A DNA stretch of 61,931 bases, taken from positions 1 through 61,931 of the IMG/VR virus record IMGVR_UViG_3300008267_000131. One strand, written 5' to 3'. Source of the DNA: a virus (taxonomy: Duplodnaviria; Caudoviricetes). Position numbers and translations under genes: made by a program. Positions 19,977-30,585 of the stretch are shown here, one piece after another (the stretch's first letter is position 1; the number at the start of each line of letters is the position of its first letter). The notes beneath the pieces are model-generated. The model saw only the letters and a list, made by a program, of their open reading frames with translations. It was not told where the DNA came from and did no database searches.

Positions 19977-22900
19977 TTAAACTGGATTAACGGCGGTCAG
20001 TGCGCCCTTGGTGAATGTTAGTTCCATATTGCCACCGTCGGTCATTACTACTATAGTGTAGTCAATACCAACAGGTGCTGCTCCAATCTCAGAAACACTC
20101 CAGCTAAGGTTAGCACCACCATTAAATGCCTTGCCAGTATTTCCAATGGTAAGCGTTCTAGCAGTTTGAAGGGTTGTGGCTGTAGATGCATTACCAGCAG
20201 ATGATGCGTAGTTGACAGATTGAGACCCGATGTTGCCAGAATGGACAACATATCTCCATCCGCTATACTGGTCATTGTTCCACTGGGTCTTAAAGTAAAA
20301 TTCACCAACGTGAGAAGCCCAAAGTTGGAATCCAAAGTTATCTCCACGCATACTAAGAACACCTCCATAGTTGTATCCACCTGGAGGATTTGAGTGCGTA
20401 TTGTAATCGTTTATTTGGTCGAAACGAATAACGCTATCTGAAGATTGATATGTCTGAAAGTCAGATGCTGCGTTTATTCCACGGTAGTATAAGTAGCGAG
20501 ATGAACTCCTTCCATCTAGGTTTGTTGAGTTACCAGCTCCGCTAGCGTAATTTACCGATTGGCTACCAATATTACCAGAAGTAATAAGAGTTCTCCAGCT
20601 ATATACCGTACCATTAGTTACTCTGCGGATGTAAGCGTCATCACTGTGGAATGCGTGAGATATTTGGAATGCGTAGTTGTTAGATGACTGCCAAGAGTTT
20701 CCAGCAATGGTCATCCAGTTCCACCAATCATCAAACGGTCTACCTGTTGGGTTGTCTTTAAAGTAAAAACCAGACTTTTGGTTGGGGTCGTTCATTGACC
20801 CATCATAGTTGCTAGCCCTTCCAGTGCCTCCGTATACAATTGCTGATGAGTCAACTCCATCTACACTTCCAGCATCGCCAGAAATGTTAATTCCCCAAGT
20901 TCCAGAATTCAATACTACACGAGTTCCGTTAACGTATAGGTCTTGGTTGAAGTAAAATGACAAATTAGAATATATGTGTGCCCAAGAACCATTAGCTGGT
21001 CCAAATTGAATCCAACCTGAATCAGTAGTAAGTCTTACACCCCAGTCACCATTGCCAGAAAGCGTACCATTATTAGTTGACGTACCAAAACGAATAGCGT
21101 TCATTACTGACGTAGACGCAAAGTCTCCGTAGTATCCAGTATTATTGGAATCGTAGAAGATTGGAGCACGCATAGAGCCATAAGCCTCAACACCACGGTT
21201 CCAAGTTCTTAGTACCCAGTTTCTATCCTCTGACAAAAATCCAATCTCATTAGACGTTGTCCAGTGAATGTATCCACGAGCCGTTTCATTAGCTACAGTT
21301 CCAACGATACCACCATTACCTGAGCCAGTGCGGAAACGCATATCAGCTTGGTCTTGTGGATATATGTGCCAATAAGCTCCAGAGCCTTCCTGCCAGTATA
21401 TTCCCTTAGAGCCAGAGCCCATAATACGAGTCCACTCATACTGATAGTATGCATTTGCGTAAAAGTCAACACCAGCAGAACCATTCTTATATGCATATCT
21501 ATTATCAGACTCAGATTCAGTGTAGTACCTGTCATCGTGGTTGTGAGTAGATGGAGCAAATGTTGCTGGTTTATTCTGAACACTAGTCCACTCTACAGAA
21601 CCCGAAGACGCAGAGTATCCTGATTCGTCAGCATAGTTTACAGAAAAGTTACTTGGATTCCATACATAGAAGTTCTCTCCGTCATTTGAACCCCACAACC
21701 AAGTAGGCTGTCCGCTTTGGCCTGACCAGTAGAAGTTAATGTTTGTTCCATCAGAACGTCTAGGATACGCTCTACCATCTGTAGTAATCCAGTTTCCGTA
21801 GTTACCCAACTGGTTTCTAACGTGAGCAAGGCTAGATTTTCTAGACCATCCATCTCCATTAGAAGTAATGAAACTACTAATTGCTGGGTTTTCTGTTTCT
21901 GGCGTGTTAAAGTTTATGTGGTTAGCATATATGTATCCATTGCCATCACGTTGAACAACGTGATTTGCTGATACTCCTGTTGAGTAGCTAAAGCCTAAAG
22001 AAGTCAAGAATCCACCATAGTTCCCCAAGTCATTAGTGAACTGAGACAATGCCGTTGGACGAGAACTTACATTAGTCCAAGCCACAGAACCAGCGCTTGA
22101 CGCATAGTTAACCGACTGGCTTCCAATGTTGCTTGTGTTAATCGCAGTAGATGCAGCCTGGTATCCAGCCGTGGCGTGGTTACCCCAACCATATGCTGTA
22201 TTCCAGTTGTTTGAGTTTCCAGTGGCGGCATATATAACCCCACCAAAGAACATATTTCTATCCGCATCCCAGTCATAAAGTCTAGTGAATCCAGAGTATC
22301 CACCCATTAGACCGATGTGGCCTACGCTAATTGAGTTATTTGGGAAATCATTATTGTGGTTTAATTCAAAGACAAAACGTATGTCTCTAGTATCCCACCA
22401 CCCACTTACGTTTGAGTGCTTTGTAAATGTATATCCAGGCCAAGAACTGATTCCATTTTGACGAAAAGCCTCAGTGAAGTTGTTTCCGTTAAGGTCAGAC
22501 TTTTGGAATACAAAGTTGAAGCTATGTCCGTTTGTTGAGTGAGCAAGGGTAAAGTGAGAGAAGAAATGGTAACCAAAGTTTACCCAAGTCATTCTAACAT
22601 ATCTCCATCCACCGACATTGTTTCCGACAGCCATATTAAAACCACCCCACTTTCCGAACATCTTATTGTCCCAAAGCCCAGTGGTTGCAGTCGTGGCTGT
22701 CCAGTTGACACCATCAGTTGAATACTCAATAGAGGTTGGTGGTCTAAATGCTAAAAGGTTCTGTACAGAATCAGTACCCCACAGCCTCTGGTGAGTTCCG
22801 CTGCCGTAGATGTCTCCAGTGGAATATCCATTGTCTGTGGATGCTGGGTAGAAGTAATCAGCGTGTCTTCCGTCTACGGTGTCTGCGTTGCCAGCGCTAC

Positions 22901-23531
22901 TAGCATAGTTTACTGACTGAGAACCTATGTTGCTAGTTGTAATAGCGGTAGAAGCGTTTTGTTTTGCTCCCAATAAGTTAGATAACCAATCTCCAGCCCA
23001 AGACATCCACAGGTTTCCATCTCCAGCAGCAAAATATGCTTTTGTAACATTTGCATTTTGAAAATACCAGTTTCCGCCTTCTGTTCCGAACATCATATGA
23101 CCAGACGAGCGATAAAGACCAGCGGAACCCCATATCTCGCCAACTCGCACATTATAGTTAGTAAAAACGTATGAGTCAGTAGTCATACTGCCATAAACCG
23201 TCATACCAGCGCTATTACCATACGCTATAGTTGCGCCACCATATGTAGACAAACCATACCCAGGAGTACTTCCCTCACCCTGACCCCAACCGCCAGGATG
23301 TCCAATTCCAACCTTGTGATATAAGTGAATGTATTCGTTAGTAAAACGACCACGGATTCCATACAGGTTTAAAGATTCACCATTAGAAAAGTAAGTTATA
23401 CCAGCAATAGTCTGACCACCAGAAGTGGTTATTACATTGGCTGGAACACTAGTTAGGGCATACGAACTAATGTTGTTTGAATGTACTGCGGTGTATCCGC
23501 CGATGGTGGTTCCTGATAATAATGAAGCCAT
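19977..23531 (-). CDS. Tail fibre / receptor-binding protein 2 (1184 aa)
   Basis: Gly/Asn/Trp-rich; four NIGSQSVNYAS.AG repeats, HNHDDRYYTE, distal LQTARTLTIG..KAFNG.ANLSWS..EIGA fibre motif. Confidence 0.85.
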   Translation of the reverse strand: MASLLSGTTIGGYTAVHSNNISSYALTSVPANVITTSGGQTIAGITYFSNGESLNLYGIRGRFTNEYIHLYHKVGIGHPGGWGQGEGSTPGYGLSTYGGATIAYGNSAGMTVYGSMTTDSYVFTNYNVRVGEIWGSAGLYRSSGHMMFGTEGGNWYFQNANVTKAYFAAGDGNLWMSWAGDWLSNLLGAKQNASTAITTSNIGSQSVNYASSAGNADTVDGRHADYFYPASTDNGYSTGDIYGSGTHQRLWGTDSVQNLLAFRPPTSIEYSTDGVNWTATTATTGLWDNKMFGKWGGFNMAVGNNVGGWRYVRMTWVNFGYHFFSHFTLAHSTNGHSFNFVFQKSDLNGNNFTEAFRQNGISSWPGYTFTKHSNVSGWWDTRDIRFVFELNHNNDFPNNSISVGHIGLMGGYSGFTRLYDWDADRNMFFGGVIYAATGNSNNWNTAYGWGNHATAGYQAASTAINTSNIGSQSVNYASSAGSVAWTNVSSRPTALSQFTNDLGNYGGFLTSLGFSYSTGVSANHVVQRDGNGYIYANHINFNTPETENPAISSFITSNGDGWSRKSSLAHVRNQLGNYGNWITTDGRAYPRRSDGTNINFYWSGQSGQPTWLWGSNDGENFYVWNPSNFSVNYADESGYSASSGSVEWTSVQNKPATFAPSTHNHDDRYYTESESDNRYAYKNGSAGVDFYANAYYQYEWTRIMGSGSKGIYWQEGSGAYWHIYPQDQADMRFRTGSGNGGIVGTVANETARGYIHWTTSNEIGFLSEDRNWVLRTWNRGVEAYGSMRAPIFYDSNNTGYYGDFASTSVMNAIRFGTSTNNGTLSGNGDWGVRLTTDSGWIQFGPANGSWAHIYSNLSFYFNQDLYVNGTRVVLNSGTWGINISGDAGSVDGVDSSAIVYGGTGRASNYDGSMNDPNQKSGFYFKDNPTGRPFDDWWNWMTIAGNSWQSSNNYAFQISHAFHSDDAYIRRVTNGTVYSWRTLITSGNIGSQSVNYASGAGNSTNLDGRSSSRYLYYRGINAASDFQTYQSSDSVIRFDQINDYNTHSNPPGGYNYGGVLSMRGDNFGFQLWASHVGEFYFKTQWNNDQYSGWRYVVHSGNIGSQSVNYASSAGNASTATTLQTARTLTIGNTGKAFNGGANLSWSVSEIGAAPVGIDYTIVVMTDGGNMELTFTKGALTAVNPV

Positions 23532-23532
23532 A

Positions 23533-26500
23533 TTACTTGTTTTCTAACTTGTTTACTCGTTCCGTTAACTCTTGCACAGCCTTCAGCAAAATTACGCTCA
23601 GGCGTTGGTACTGGATACCTTGAGGCTGTCCGTTCTCATTGTAGGTTACAACCTCTGGGAATAGCTCTGCTACTTCTTCTGCAATCAAACCAACTTCCTC
23701 CTCTTGTGAGGTAATCTTGGTGTATGTGACAGGATTCAACTGCTCGACCTTAGCGAGTGCTGGTTCAAGCGGTTGGATGTTCTCCTTGAAGCGTATAGAC
23801 GAGTTCTCCGTGAACGTGCCACCGATGGTAAGGTTTCCTGGGAACGTGGTGTTACCTGAGCCATCAAGTAGCGTTGCTGTTCTTGTTAGTGAAGAAAATA
23901 CTCCAGTGTACTGTCTAACGTAGATAGGCTCGGTTCCGTCATCTGCCGTTGCAATCTCTAAGTATCCAGCGTTAGAGGATGTGGCGCCGACGAGGATTCT
24001 CGCTTGGTCATTGTCGCCCATATTGCCACGGACTAGTTCGGCGGAGTTGGTTCCAGTGACGGTCCTTACAACTCCAGCCACGGTTCCAGAAGATGTTACA
24101 AAACCTTGGCTGTTTACGTAATCTTCAGTAGCGAGACCCGTTAGCGTGATGTCATTGCCTCCAGATATAGACAATAAAGTCTGACCCTGGTCCCAAGATA
24201 GCGTCTGTGCATCATTATCCGTATCGTAATCAGTCCACGTAGCCGTTAGCGTACCACCATCCTGCTGGGTTAGCGTAAGCGTCTTGGTTCCAGTTCCTGA
24301 CACCGCCACCGCTGTGATTCTGTCGTTGTAGGCAGCGTTCCAGTTGGATATGTTAGTAGAAGTGAAATCACCGCTGTGCCATACTGCATTACCAGAAGAA
24401 GCTCCTATATGTAGTCTTCCACTTGAATGACTATAGTAGTAGTACCAAACGCTATCAGATTGAGAGTACATACCTCCACCATTATTATCCCACATCCAGG
24501 TGGGTTTTCTGGTTAGAGTAAACAATTCAATACCCAAGAAGCTATTTGCTCCGCCTTCAATTCTAAACGAACCGTATGATGTTACCGCTGGGTAAAAGTG
24601 AGTTCCAGCTCCAGATGATGGCGAATAGAATCCGTGAGTACCTGTTGATTGCAGCCAAGTAGTTAATTGGAAATATGAGTTACCGTTAAGGCCAATAAAG
24701 TTGCTGTGATTGTATCCATCCAACAAGTCAGCATCTAGACCAGAGCCAGACCCATCATTTCCAGCGTGCCATACCACGTTGCCGCCAACACGAAGAGTTC
24801 CTTGGCTTACGTTTACTGAGCCGCCATACCCAGTCATATCAAAATCAACTTGGGTATTTGCAGTCTTAATAACCACACCAAAGTATCCAGCAAGTTGAAC
24901 AGTTTGCTGATTGCCGTACCAACCAGTTGATGTACTTTGGCCTATTCCGTACCAAGGTGCGCCATTAGTTACATCATCAAGATTTGAAGATGCTATCCCT
25001 ATCTTGGGAGAATAGATGCCTCCATTAGCTGTTATTTTAGTTGAAGTACTTGCACCCCTACCCGTAACGCTAGCTAACGTGTCAGTCTCCGTGTATCCAG
25101 TAATATATCCTTGAGCTTGTACCCAAGCACGAGTTGCTACCTCAGAACCTCCATATGAGAATACACCAGTGTTGCTTATTCTCGCTACATCACCAGCCGT
25201 ATTGTTTCCAAAATACAAACTAGCTCCAAATCCATAAACTCTTACATCGTTTCCAGCATTAGGACCATAGTCTGGGTGTCCCCCAATGTAAAAGAAGCCA
25301 TTATCTTTCCAACCTACTGCTCCAACACCAGCGCTGTCGCTTCTAACAAAGTTTAAGTTGTTGTGTGAGCCAGACTGTCCAACTCTAATATTTCCTCCAC
25401 CAACTACGTTTAGGTTTCCGCTATGATTTAAAGTTCCATATGATTGAATCGTGCCCCCGCCATTACCGTAGTTGAAGTATAGCGTGTTTCCATTCTTAAC
25501 ACCAAATACAAAATGACCGGTATCTCCTCTAAAGTAGGTTGATGCTCCGTGGTCACTATTGGTATTAGATATGGCAAGGTCTAAACCTGGGAAGTAAGTA
25601 CGTCCATCGGCATATATAGTCTGACGTGTAGAACCTCCAGATACAATAGCTATGTGGCTATCATTAGAACCAACAATACCTTGGTTGCTATTGCCCCATC
25701 TTATATATTGGTCAGAATCAATATAAAGTGTTCCTCCGTTTACATAAGCAGAACCTGCTACTTGAAGTTTGTAAATAGGATTAGTCGTACCAATACCGAC
25801 GTTGCCTGATGAGTTTATGGTTATACCTCTTGTTCGTTCAGTCCCATTTGTTGAGACACCAAGCGTAAGAATACCACCCCAGGTCTTTGTTAAGTTGAAT
25901 TCCCAAGGACCAAGTTCTGCAGTTGAACTAATGAACATCTGATGCCCATTACTTCCGCTATTGTAAATACCAGCAAATTCAGCTATTCTTTTTGTTGGTA
26001 ATGATGCATCGGCTGTTTGAGACTTTGCTGCAAATACAGCATTATCACCAATAATTGTAAGCTTCTCACCGGGACTATTAGTACCAATACCAAGCCCGGT
26101 ATTATTTAGGCGCATTCTCTCAGCACCTCCTTGCTGACCCCAAATCCAAGTTGGAGCTCCTGAACCTATAAGGTTGTATTGAATATTTGTTGAAGCATAG
26201 ATTAAGTGCTCTTGGTTTGAGCCGTTTCTAAGTACAATGTTACTGTACTCAGTTCCATCCCCAACAACTGACAGCTTACCAGTAGGACTAGTCGTACCAA
26301 TACCTACGTTTCCGTCTGGCGCAATATATAGACGATATGTTTCGTTGTTCTGAGCAAATGTAATCGGAGCGTTATCACTAACTGCAAATCCAAGTTGACC
26401 ACCTGGCGTCGTCTTGTATAGGGCCCTAACACCATCGGCTGCGTTTATTCTAAAGCCGTTTAGATAAGAGTAACCTTCAACATAAAGAGCCCAAGGCTCA

Positions 26501-28530
26501 TTGGCTGACCAGCCTCCATTTTGCTTTACATAAAGAATCGCATCTGGTCCGGCGCCAGTTCCAGTAGTTGTACCTTCTATATGTACAACGGAGCTTGGTG
26601 AAGCTGTCCCAATCCCCACCTTTCCAGCAGTGTAATTGATACTTCCTGTCCCAGCGTTCCAAGGTTGGAATGTAGTGAACCCTTGGCTAAGCACATAATC
26701 CTCCGTAGCCAGCCCATCAAGCGTGATGCTATTGCCGTTAGATATTGCAAGCTCTTTACTCGGGGCAGTCCACGTTAATACCTGAGCATCATTATCCGTG
26801 TCATAGTCAGTCCACGTGGCGGTAACAGTTCCACCATCTCCCTGAGTGAGTGTAAGAGTCTTAGTGCTAGTTCCTGTTACGGCAGCAGCAGTGATTCTAT
26901 CGTTGTAGGCTGTGTTCCAGTTAGCACTATTGTCGGTAAAATTTCCAGTATGGAATATCGTTCTCCAAGCTTGCTTAACTCCACCTTGAACTCTCCTAAA
27001 TCTAATATCGTCAGAAAAGAAATTCGTGGCTAATGTGTAACTATAATAAGCGACAGCATCTCCGTGCGACACACGCATACCATACCACCAGTTGTCAGCG
27101 GTCGGGTTTAAATCAGCAGTTCCAGTCTCATATAGATTCCAAGCTTGGAATGCATCTGAAGTATTTAAAGAATAATTCGTAAGGTATCTTGATGAGCGTA
27201 CATCTTGCGAACTAATATTGCTTGTAGTTATAGCAGTTGCCGCTGGTTGATACCCCGCAAGTGCGTGATTACCCCAACCATAAGCCGTATCCCAGTTACT
27301 CTTGTTGTATCCAGAGATGGGCTCAGCGCCAGAGAAGAAGTCATCAATCTCTCCTTCGTTGTAGTAGTTCAGTCCAACCCAAGTCTGCGTAGCGTAACCA
27401 GCCAATGCGTGATTTCCCCACCCGTATGCTGTATTCCAGTTGCTCTTTTCGGTGGTCGTAATAGTCTTTACGTGAGCAGGAACCGTTGGGTCTGTTTCGG
27501 TAAATGATGTGAGATACCCAGCAAGTGCGTGGTTACCCCAGGAATACGCAGTATCCCAGTTAGTGTGGTTATATCCAGCGATTGGGGTTTCGCCACCAAA
27601 GAAAGCCGCTATCTCATTCTCAGTGTAGTATCTGTCATCGTGGTTATGGACAGGGAGAGAGGTGAGGTAGTTAGGAGTCCAGTTCTTCCACAGGCCATCA
27701 GAGTCTCTACGGATAAGCTGTCCTGCCGATGGTGATGAAATCAGCACATCGTGAAGCTCGTTTAGCTCAAAGCCATTCTGTACGTTAACGAAGATTTCTC
27801 CGTTGTTGGCTTGAACCCTAGTAACCACACCCAAGTAAACCAGGTGAGCTGGCGCTACTGGCTTGTTGACCAATCCGAAGATTAGGTTGCCTCCAGTTCC
27901 TAGCCATACGGGGTCGCCAGCGGTTGCCGTAGACGTGTTCAGACCAGCGATTAGACCCTCCGTAACAACGAAGATTTGGTCGTTGATAGCACCAGTAGAT
28001 GCCGCCAATCCGATGACCTTAGACGATGTGGGCTCCGATGCGTTAGACGCAAGCCCTACAATCATATTCGTACCGTCAGAGGTAGTAACGTAAACCGCTT
28101 GACCTTTCGTTACTGCGACACCACACTTAACGAGGTGCTGAACCTTAGACACGTACTCAACGGTAGACAGCGTAGCATTCACCCACGCAGAACCGTTCCA
28201 TTGCAGAATCTGTCCAGCGGTAGCCGTGGTGATGGTTACGTCACTAAGATTATCAATAGAAGAAGATGGCGTAAGGTAGTTTGGCGTGAAGTTGTACCAT
28301 ACTGGCTGCGTCTCCCCAGAGCCCGGAGGTATGCCATAACGAAGCAGTTGACCTGAGGATGGAGATGTTAGGATTACGTCAGTTAGACCATCTAGGTTTG
28401 TGACTCCAGCACTAATACTACCCCAATAGACAGCCCCATTGCCGTCAGTCGTCAACACTTGTCCGTTCACACCATCAACTATCGGCAGGGTGTACTCCGT
28501 GTTGACGTTAATCTGAGATAAAAACTTCAT
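23533..28530 (-). CDS. Long tail fibre 1 with C-terminal intramolecular chaperone (peptidase S74-like), 1665 aa
   Basis: L.DV.I repeats, GNVGIGTT repeats, GNDGSGSGLDADLLDG, C-terminal SSIRFKENI...GLIAEEV...IQY..L. Confidence 0.9.
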   Translation of the reverse strand: MKFLSQINVNTEYTLPIVDGVNGQVLTTDGNGAVYWGSISAGVTNLDGLTDVILTSPSSGQLLRYGIPPGSGETQPVWYNFTPNYLTPSSSIDNLSDVTITTATAGQILQWNGSAWVNATLSTVEYVSKVQHLVKCGVAVTKGQAVYVTTSDGTNMIVGLASNASEPTSSKVIGLAASTGAINDQIFVVTEGLIAGLNTSTATAGDPVWLGTGGNLIFGLVNKPVAPAHLVYLGVVTRVQANNGEIFVNVQNGFELNELHDVLISSPSAGQLIRRDSDGLWKNWTPNYLTSLPVHNHDDRYYTENEIAAFFGGETPIAGYNHTNWDTAYSWGNHALAGYLTSFTETDPTVPAHVKTITTTEKSNWNTAYGWGNHALAGYATQTWVGLNYYNEGEIDDFFSGAEPISGYNKSNWDTAYGWGNHALAGYQPAATAITTSNISSQDVRSSRYLTNYSLNTSDAFQAWNLYETGTADLNPTADNWWYGMRVSHGDAVAYYSYTLATNFFSDDIRFRRVQGGVKQAWRTIFHTGNFTDNSANWNTAYNDRITAAAVTGTSTKTLTLTQGDGGTVTATWTDYDTDNDAQVLTWTAPSKELAISNGNSITLDGLATEDYVLSQGFTTFQPWNAGTGSINYTAGKVGIGTASPSSVVHIEGTTTGTGAGPDAILYVKQNGGWSANEPWALYVEGYSYLNGFRINAADGVRALYKTTPGGQLGFAVSDNAPITFAQNNETYRLYIAPDGNVGIGTTSPTGKLSVVGDGTEYSNIVLRNGSNQEHLIYASTNIQYNLIGSGAPTWIWGQQGGAERMRLNNTGLGIGTNSPGEKLTIIGDNAVFAAKSQTADASLPTKRIAEFAGIYNSGSNGHQMFISSTAELGPWEFNLTKTWGGILTLGVSTNGTERTRGITINSSGNVGIGTTNPIYKLQVAGSAYVNGGTLYIDSDQYIRWGNSNQGIVGSNDSHIAIVSGGSTRQTIYADGRTYFPGLDLAISNTNSDHGASTYFRGDTGHFVFGVKNGNTLYFNYGNGGGTIQSYGTLNHSGNLNVVGGGNIRVGQSGSHNNLNFVRSDSAGVGAVGWKDNGFFYIGGHPDYGPNAGNDVRVYGFGASLYFGNNTAGDVARISNTGVFSYGGSEVATRAWVQAQGYITGYTETDTLASVTGRGASTSTKITANGGIYSPKIGIASSNLDDVTNGAPWYGIGQSTSTGWYGNQQTVQLAGYFGVVIKTANTQVDFDMTGYGGSVNVSQGTLRVGGNVVWHAGNDGSGSGLDADLLDGYNHSNFIGLNGNSYFQLTTWLQSTGTHGFYSPSSGAGTHFYPAVTSYGSFRIEGGANSFLGIELFTLTRKPTWMWDNNGGGMYSQSDSVWYYYYSHSSGRLHIGASSGNAVWHSGDFTSTNISNWNAAYNDRITAVAVSGTGTKTLTLTQQDGGTLTATWTDYDTDNDAQTLSWDQGQTLLSISGGNDITLTGLATEDYVNSQGFVTSSGTVAGVVRTVTGTNSAELVRGNMGDNDQARILVGATSSNAGYLEIATADDGTEPIYVRQYTGVFSSLTRTATLLDGSGNTTFPGNLTIGGTFTENSSIRFKENIQPLEPALAKVEQLNPVTYTKITSQEEEVGLIAEEVAELFPEVVTYNENGQPQGIQYQRLSVILLKAVQELTERVNKLENK

Positions 28531-28557
28531 AGTTTACCAGCCTAATATAGTATCGAA

Positions 28558-28565
28558 CAAAGATA
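28558..28565 (-). promoter_or_regulatory. -7 box TATCTTTG for the tail fibre genes
   Basis: Exact consensus, intergenic, 27 nt upstream of ATG 28530. Confidence 0.7.
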
Positions 28566-28569
28566 CGAA

Positions 28570-29334
28570 TTACAATATACGCTTCCCCTTAGCTAGGTTG
28601 TCCTTTGCCCAAAGTGGCTGAATGTTAGTATACTTGTTAAGGGATAGAAGCTCAGCTTCAGTTTTTGCTGACGAGAGTGGAACTATATGGTCGAAATGCC
28701 ATTCTCCGTGATTGTCCCAAGACATACCATCTAAGAATAGACTTTCTACGTATTGCTTAAAATAAGACGTGGAACATCCAACAACGAACTCATAGCTATC
28801 AAACCTGCCTTTTATATATCTATATAAGTGAACCCTAGCCAAGTAACGTAATTTAATTTCTGGATTTTCTTTAAATATCGCCCTTAGGTATTCAGAGTTA
28901 GACATTTCAAATCCAAATCTCCTTACACCTCTCCTTTTCTTCTTCGCCCAATTTTTGTAAAGCAAACTACATCTTTCCTTGTTGCGGTTACGATACTCCT
29001 TATTCTTCTCAGATATGTGTTGCTTATTTTTTTCACGCCAAGCTTTGGCGCTTTTTTCTGTTTTCCCTTTTTGGTACTTAATGTAGAATTGTTTGTAATA
29101 CTCATCCTTACCACCATATTTTTCAAAGTTTGGCTTCCTTCCAATATGATTTCTTTTTGAATGCTTATAGTATTCTGTAGCGTCTCCAAACTCTAGTATT
29201 TTATTTTCTCTATAACGCCTATTGTATTCAGAAACACACGGTTTACATTCAGTACTTAATCCATCTGGCTTAGAGGCATTCTTTTTAAAACTAGAATCTT
29301 CTAATACTTGCTTGCACTTGCTGCACTTCTTCAT
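28570..29334 (-). CDS. HNH-type homing endonuclease-like protein (start revised to ATG 29334)
   Basis: CxxC..CxxC N-terminus, Lys-rich middle, GMSWDNHGEWHFDHIVPLS...YTNIQPLWAKDNLAKG; visibly more AT-rich than its neighbours. Confidence 0.8.
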   Translation of the reverse strand: MKKCSKCKQVLEDSSFKKNASKPDGLSTECKPCVSEYNRRYRENKILEFGDATEYYKHSKRNHIGRKPNFEKYGGKDEYYKQFYIKYQKGKTEKSAKAWREKNKQHISEKNKEYRNRNKERCSLLYKNWAKKKRRGVRRFGFEMSNSEYLRAIFKENPEIKLRYLARVHLYRYIKGRFDSYEFVVGCSTSYFKQYVESLFLDGMSWDNHGEWHFDHIVPLSSAKTEAELLSLNKYTNIQPLWAKDNLAKGKRIL

Positions 29335-29347
29335 TTTGTAAAAGTAC

Positions 29348-29378
29348 AAAAAAGAAAGGGGAGACTATTGCCTCCCCC
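29348..29378 (-). terminator. Intrinsic terminator
   Basis: GGGGAG/CTCCCC stem followed by a T-rich tract on the minus strand. Confidence 0.7.
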
Positions 29379-29404
29379 TAGTAACATATTACTGCCCAAG
29401 ATTA

Positions 29405-30580
29405 TTAAGGTGCAGTAGGTCCTTGGTTCACAACGTCATCCCCAGTGCTCTTAGCGGCAGACAGGATAGCGATGAATGCTCCGTTGGTTACCGTGCTTGC
29501 GAACGTAACAGTAACGGTAGAAATGGTTGGTCTTGCTACATCAACGTAAACAGTCTCGTAGGTCGTAGCGTCAATGATTTGAACGATTACGGCACGAGTT
29601 GCGAACGGGTGCGTGATGGTGAATACGTTACCGCTCTTAACAACAGCAGCCTGTACATCGTCAAGAGTGTACCACTTAGGTGCGCCTACGAGGTCGGCCA
29701 CGCTGTTTACGCTAGCCTTCTTAATCTCACCAGTCTCACCTACGGCATTGTCGTATACGTAGAAGAAGTCAGTACTGTCTGGAGTGATGGTCTCAACGTC
29801 ACCAACGTGGAACTTCTGGTCTACAGTTGTGAATCTGTCCGCAGCCTCGTCCCAGATGAACGATACGTTAGCGCTAGTACCACGCTCAACCTCGAAGCCA
29901 GCGTTCTGTGATGGAGTACCAACCTCGTCAGCGTTCAGCTTGATGATGGCATCACCGATGTTAACCTCGTTTGAGTTTACGCTCGTGGTCGTACCAGTAA
30001 CGATAAGGTTACCCTGAATCGTGATGGTCGGGTCGTTGTTTACGTCTACCGTGCGGATAATCGGAGCGTTCTCCAACTGACCGCCAGGGGCCCACATCAG
30101 AAGATTGTACTGAGTAAGGTTAGCGTAGTTCTTAAAGCGGATAGCGTCAGCGGTAACCTCAATACCAGAGTCGGTTGTGGCAACCACGTTAAGGGTTACC
30201 CCAGCAGTCAATTCACCACCGCCAGTCAAACCATCACCTGCCGTTACGTTAAGACCAGCGTGGTCGACGTTACGGGTGTTCGTGAGGTCAAGCTGTACGT
30301 CATTGGCGTTTACCGTGATACCAGTACCAGCAACCACGTTAAGAGTTACTGAACCACCAGCACCACCGCCAGTTAGACCAGCGCCAGCGATTACTTCTTG
30401 GATGTCACCCTTGATGTCAACCCACGCCGTACCGTTCCAAAAGTACATCGTGTTGTCGGCGGTGTCATAGTAAATCTGTCCGCTAACTGGAGAGGTAGGG
30501 GCAGTGGCAAGGTTGTGAATCCGAGCATTCTGAAGCTCGAGTTTGCCAAGGTTTATGGATGATAGATACTGAATAGCCAT
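29405..30580 (-). CDS. Tail fibre proximal/collar structural protein (391 aa)
   Basis: AGAGLTGGG repeats, GNLIVTGTTTSVNS..V.IGD.II.LN, AGFEVERG. Confidence 0.7.
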   Translation of the reverse strand: MAIQYLSSINLGKLELQNARIHNLATAPTSPVSGQIYYDTADNTMYFWNGTAWVDIKGDIQEVIAGAGLTGGGAGGSVTLNVVAGTGITVNANDVQLDLTNTRNVDHAGLNVTAGDGLTGGGELTAGVTLNVVATTDSGIEVTADAIRFKNYANLTQYNLLMWAPGGQLENAPIIRTVDVNNDPTITIQGNLIVTGTTTSVNSNEVNIGDAIIKLNADEVGTPSQNAGFEVERGTSANVSFIWDEAADRFTTVDQKFHVGDVETITPDSTDFFYVYDNAVGETGEIKKASVNSVADLVGAPKWYTLDDVQAAVVKSGNVFTITHPFATRAVIVQIIDATTYETVYVDVARPTISTVTVTFASTVTNGAFIAILSAAKSTGDDVVNQGPTAP

Positions 30581-30585
30581 CTTGA

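Noticed and set aside
19977-28530. Diversity-generating retroelement or shufflon acting on the fibres
   Set aside because: No reverse transcriptase or invertase recognised; repeats differ at synonymous positions rather than specifically at adenines
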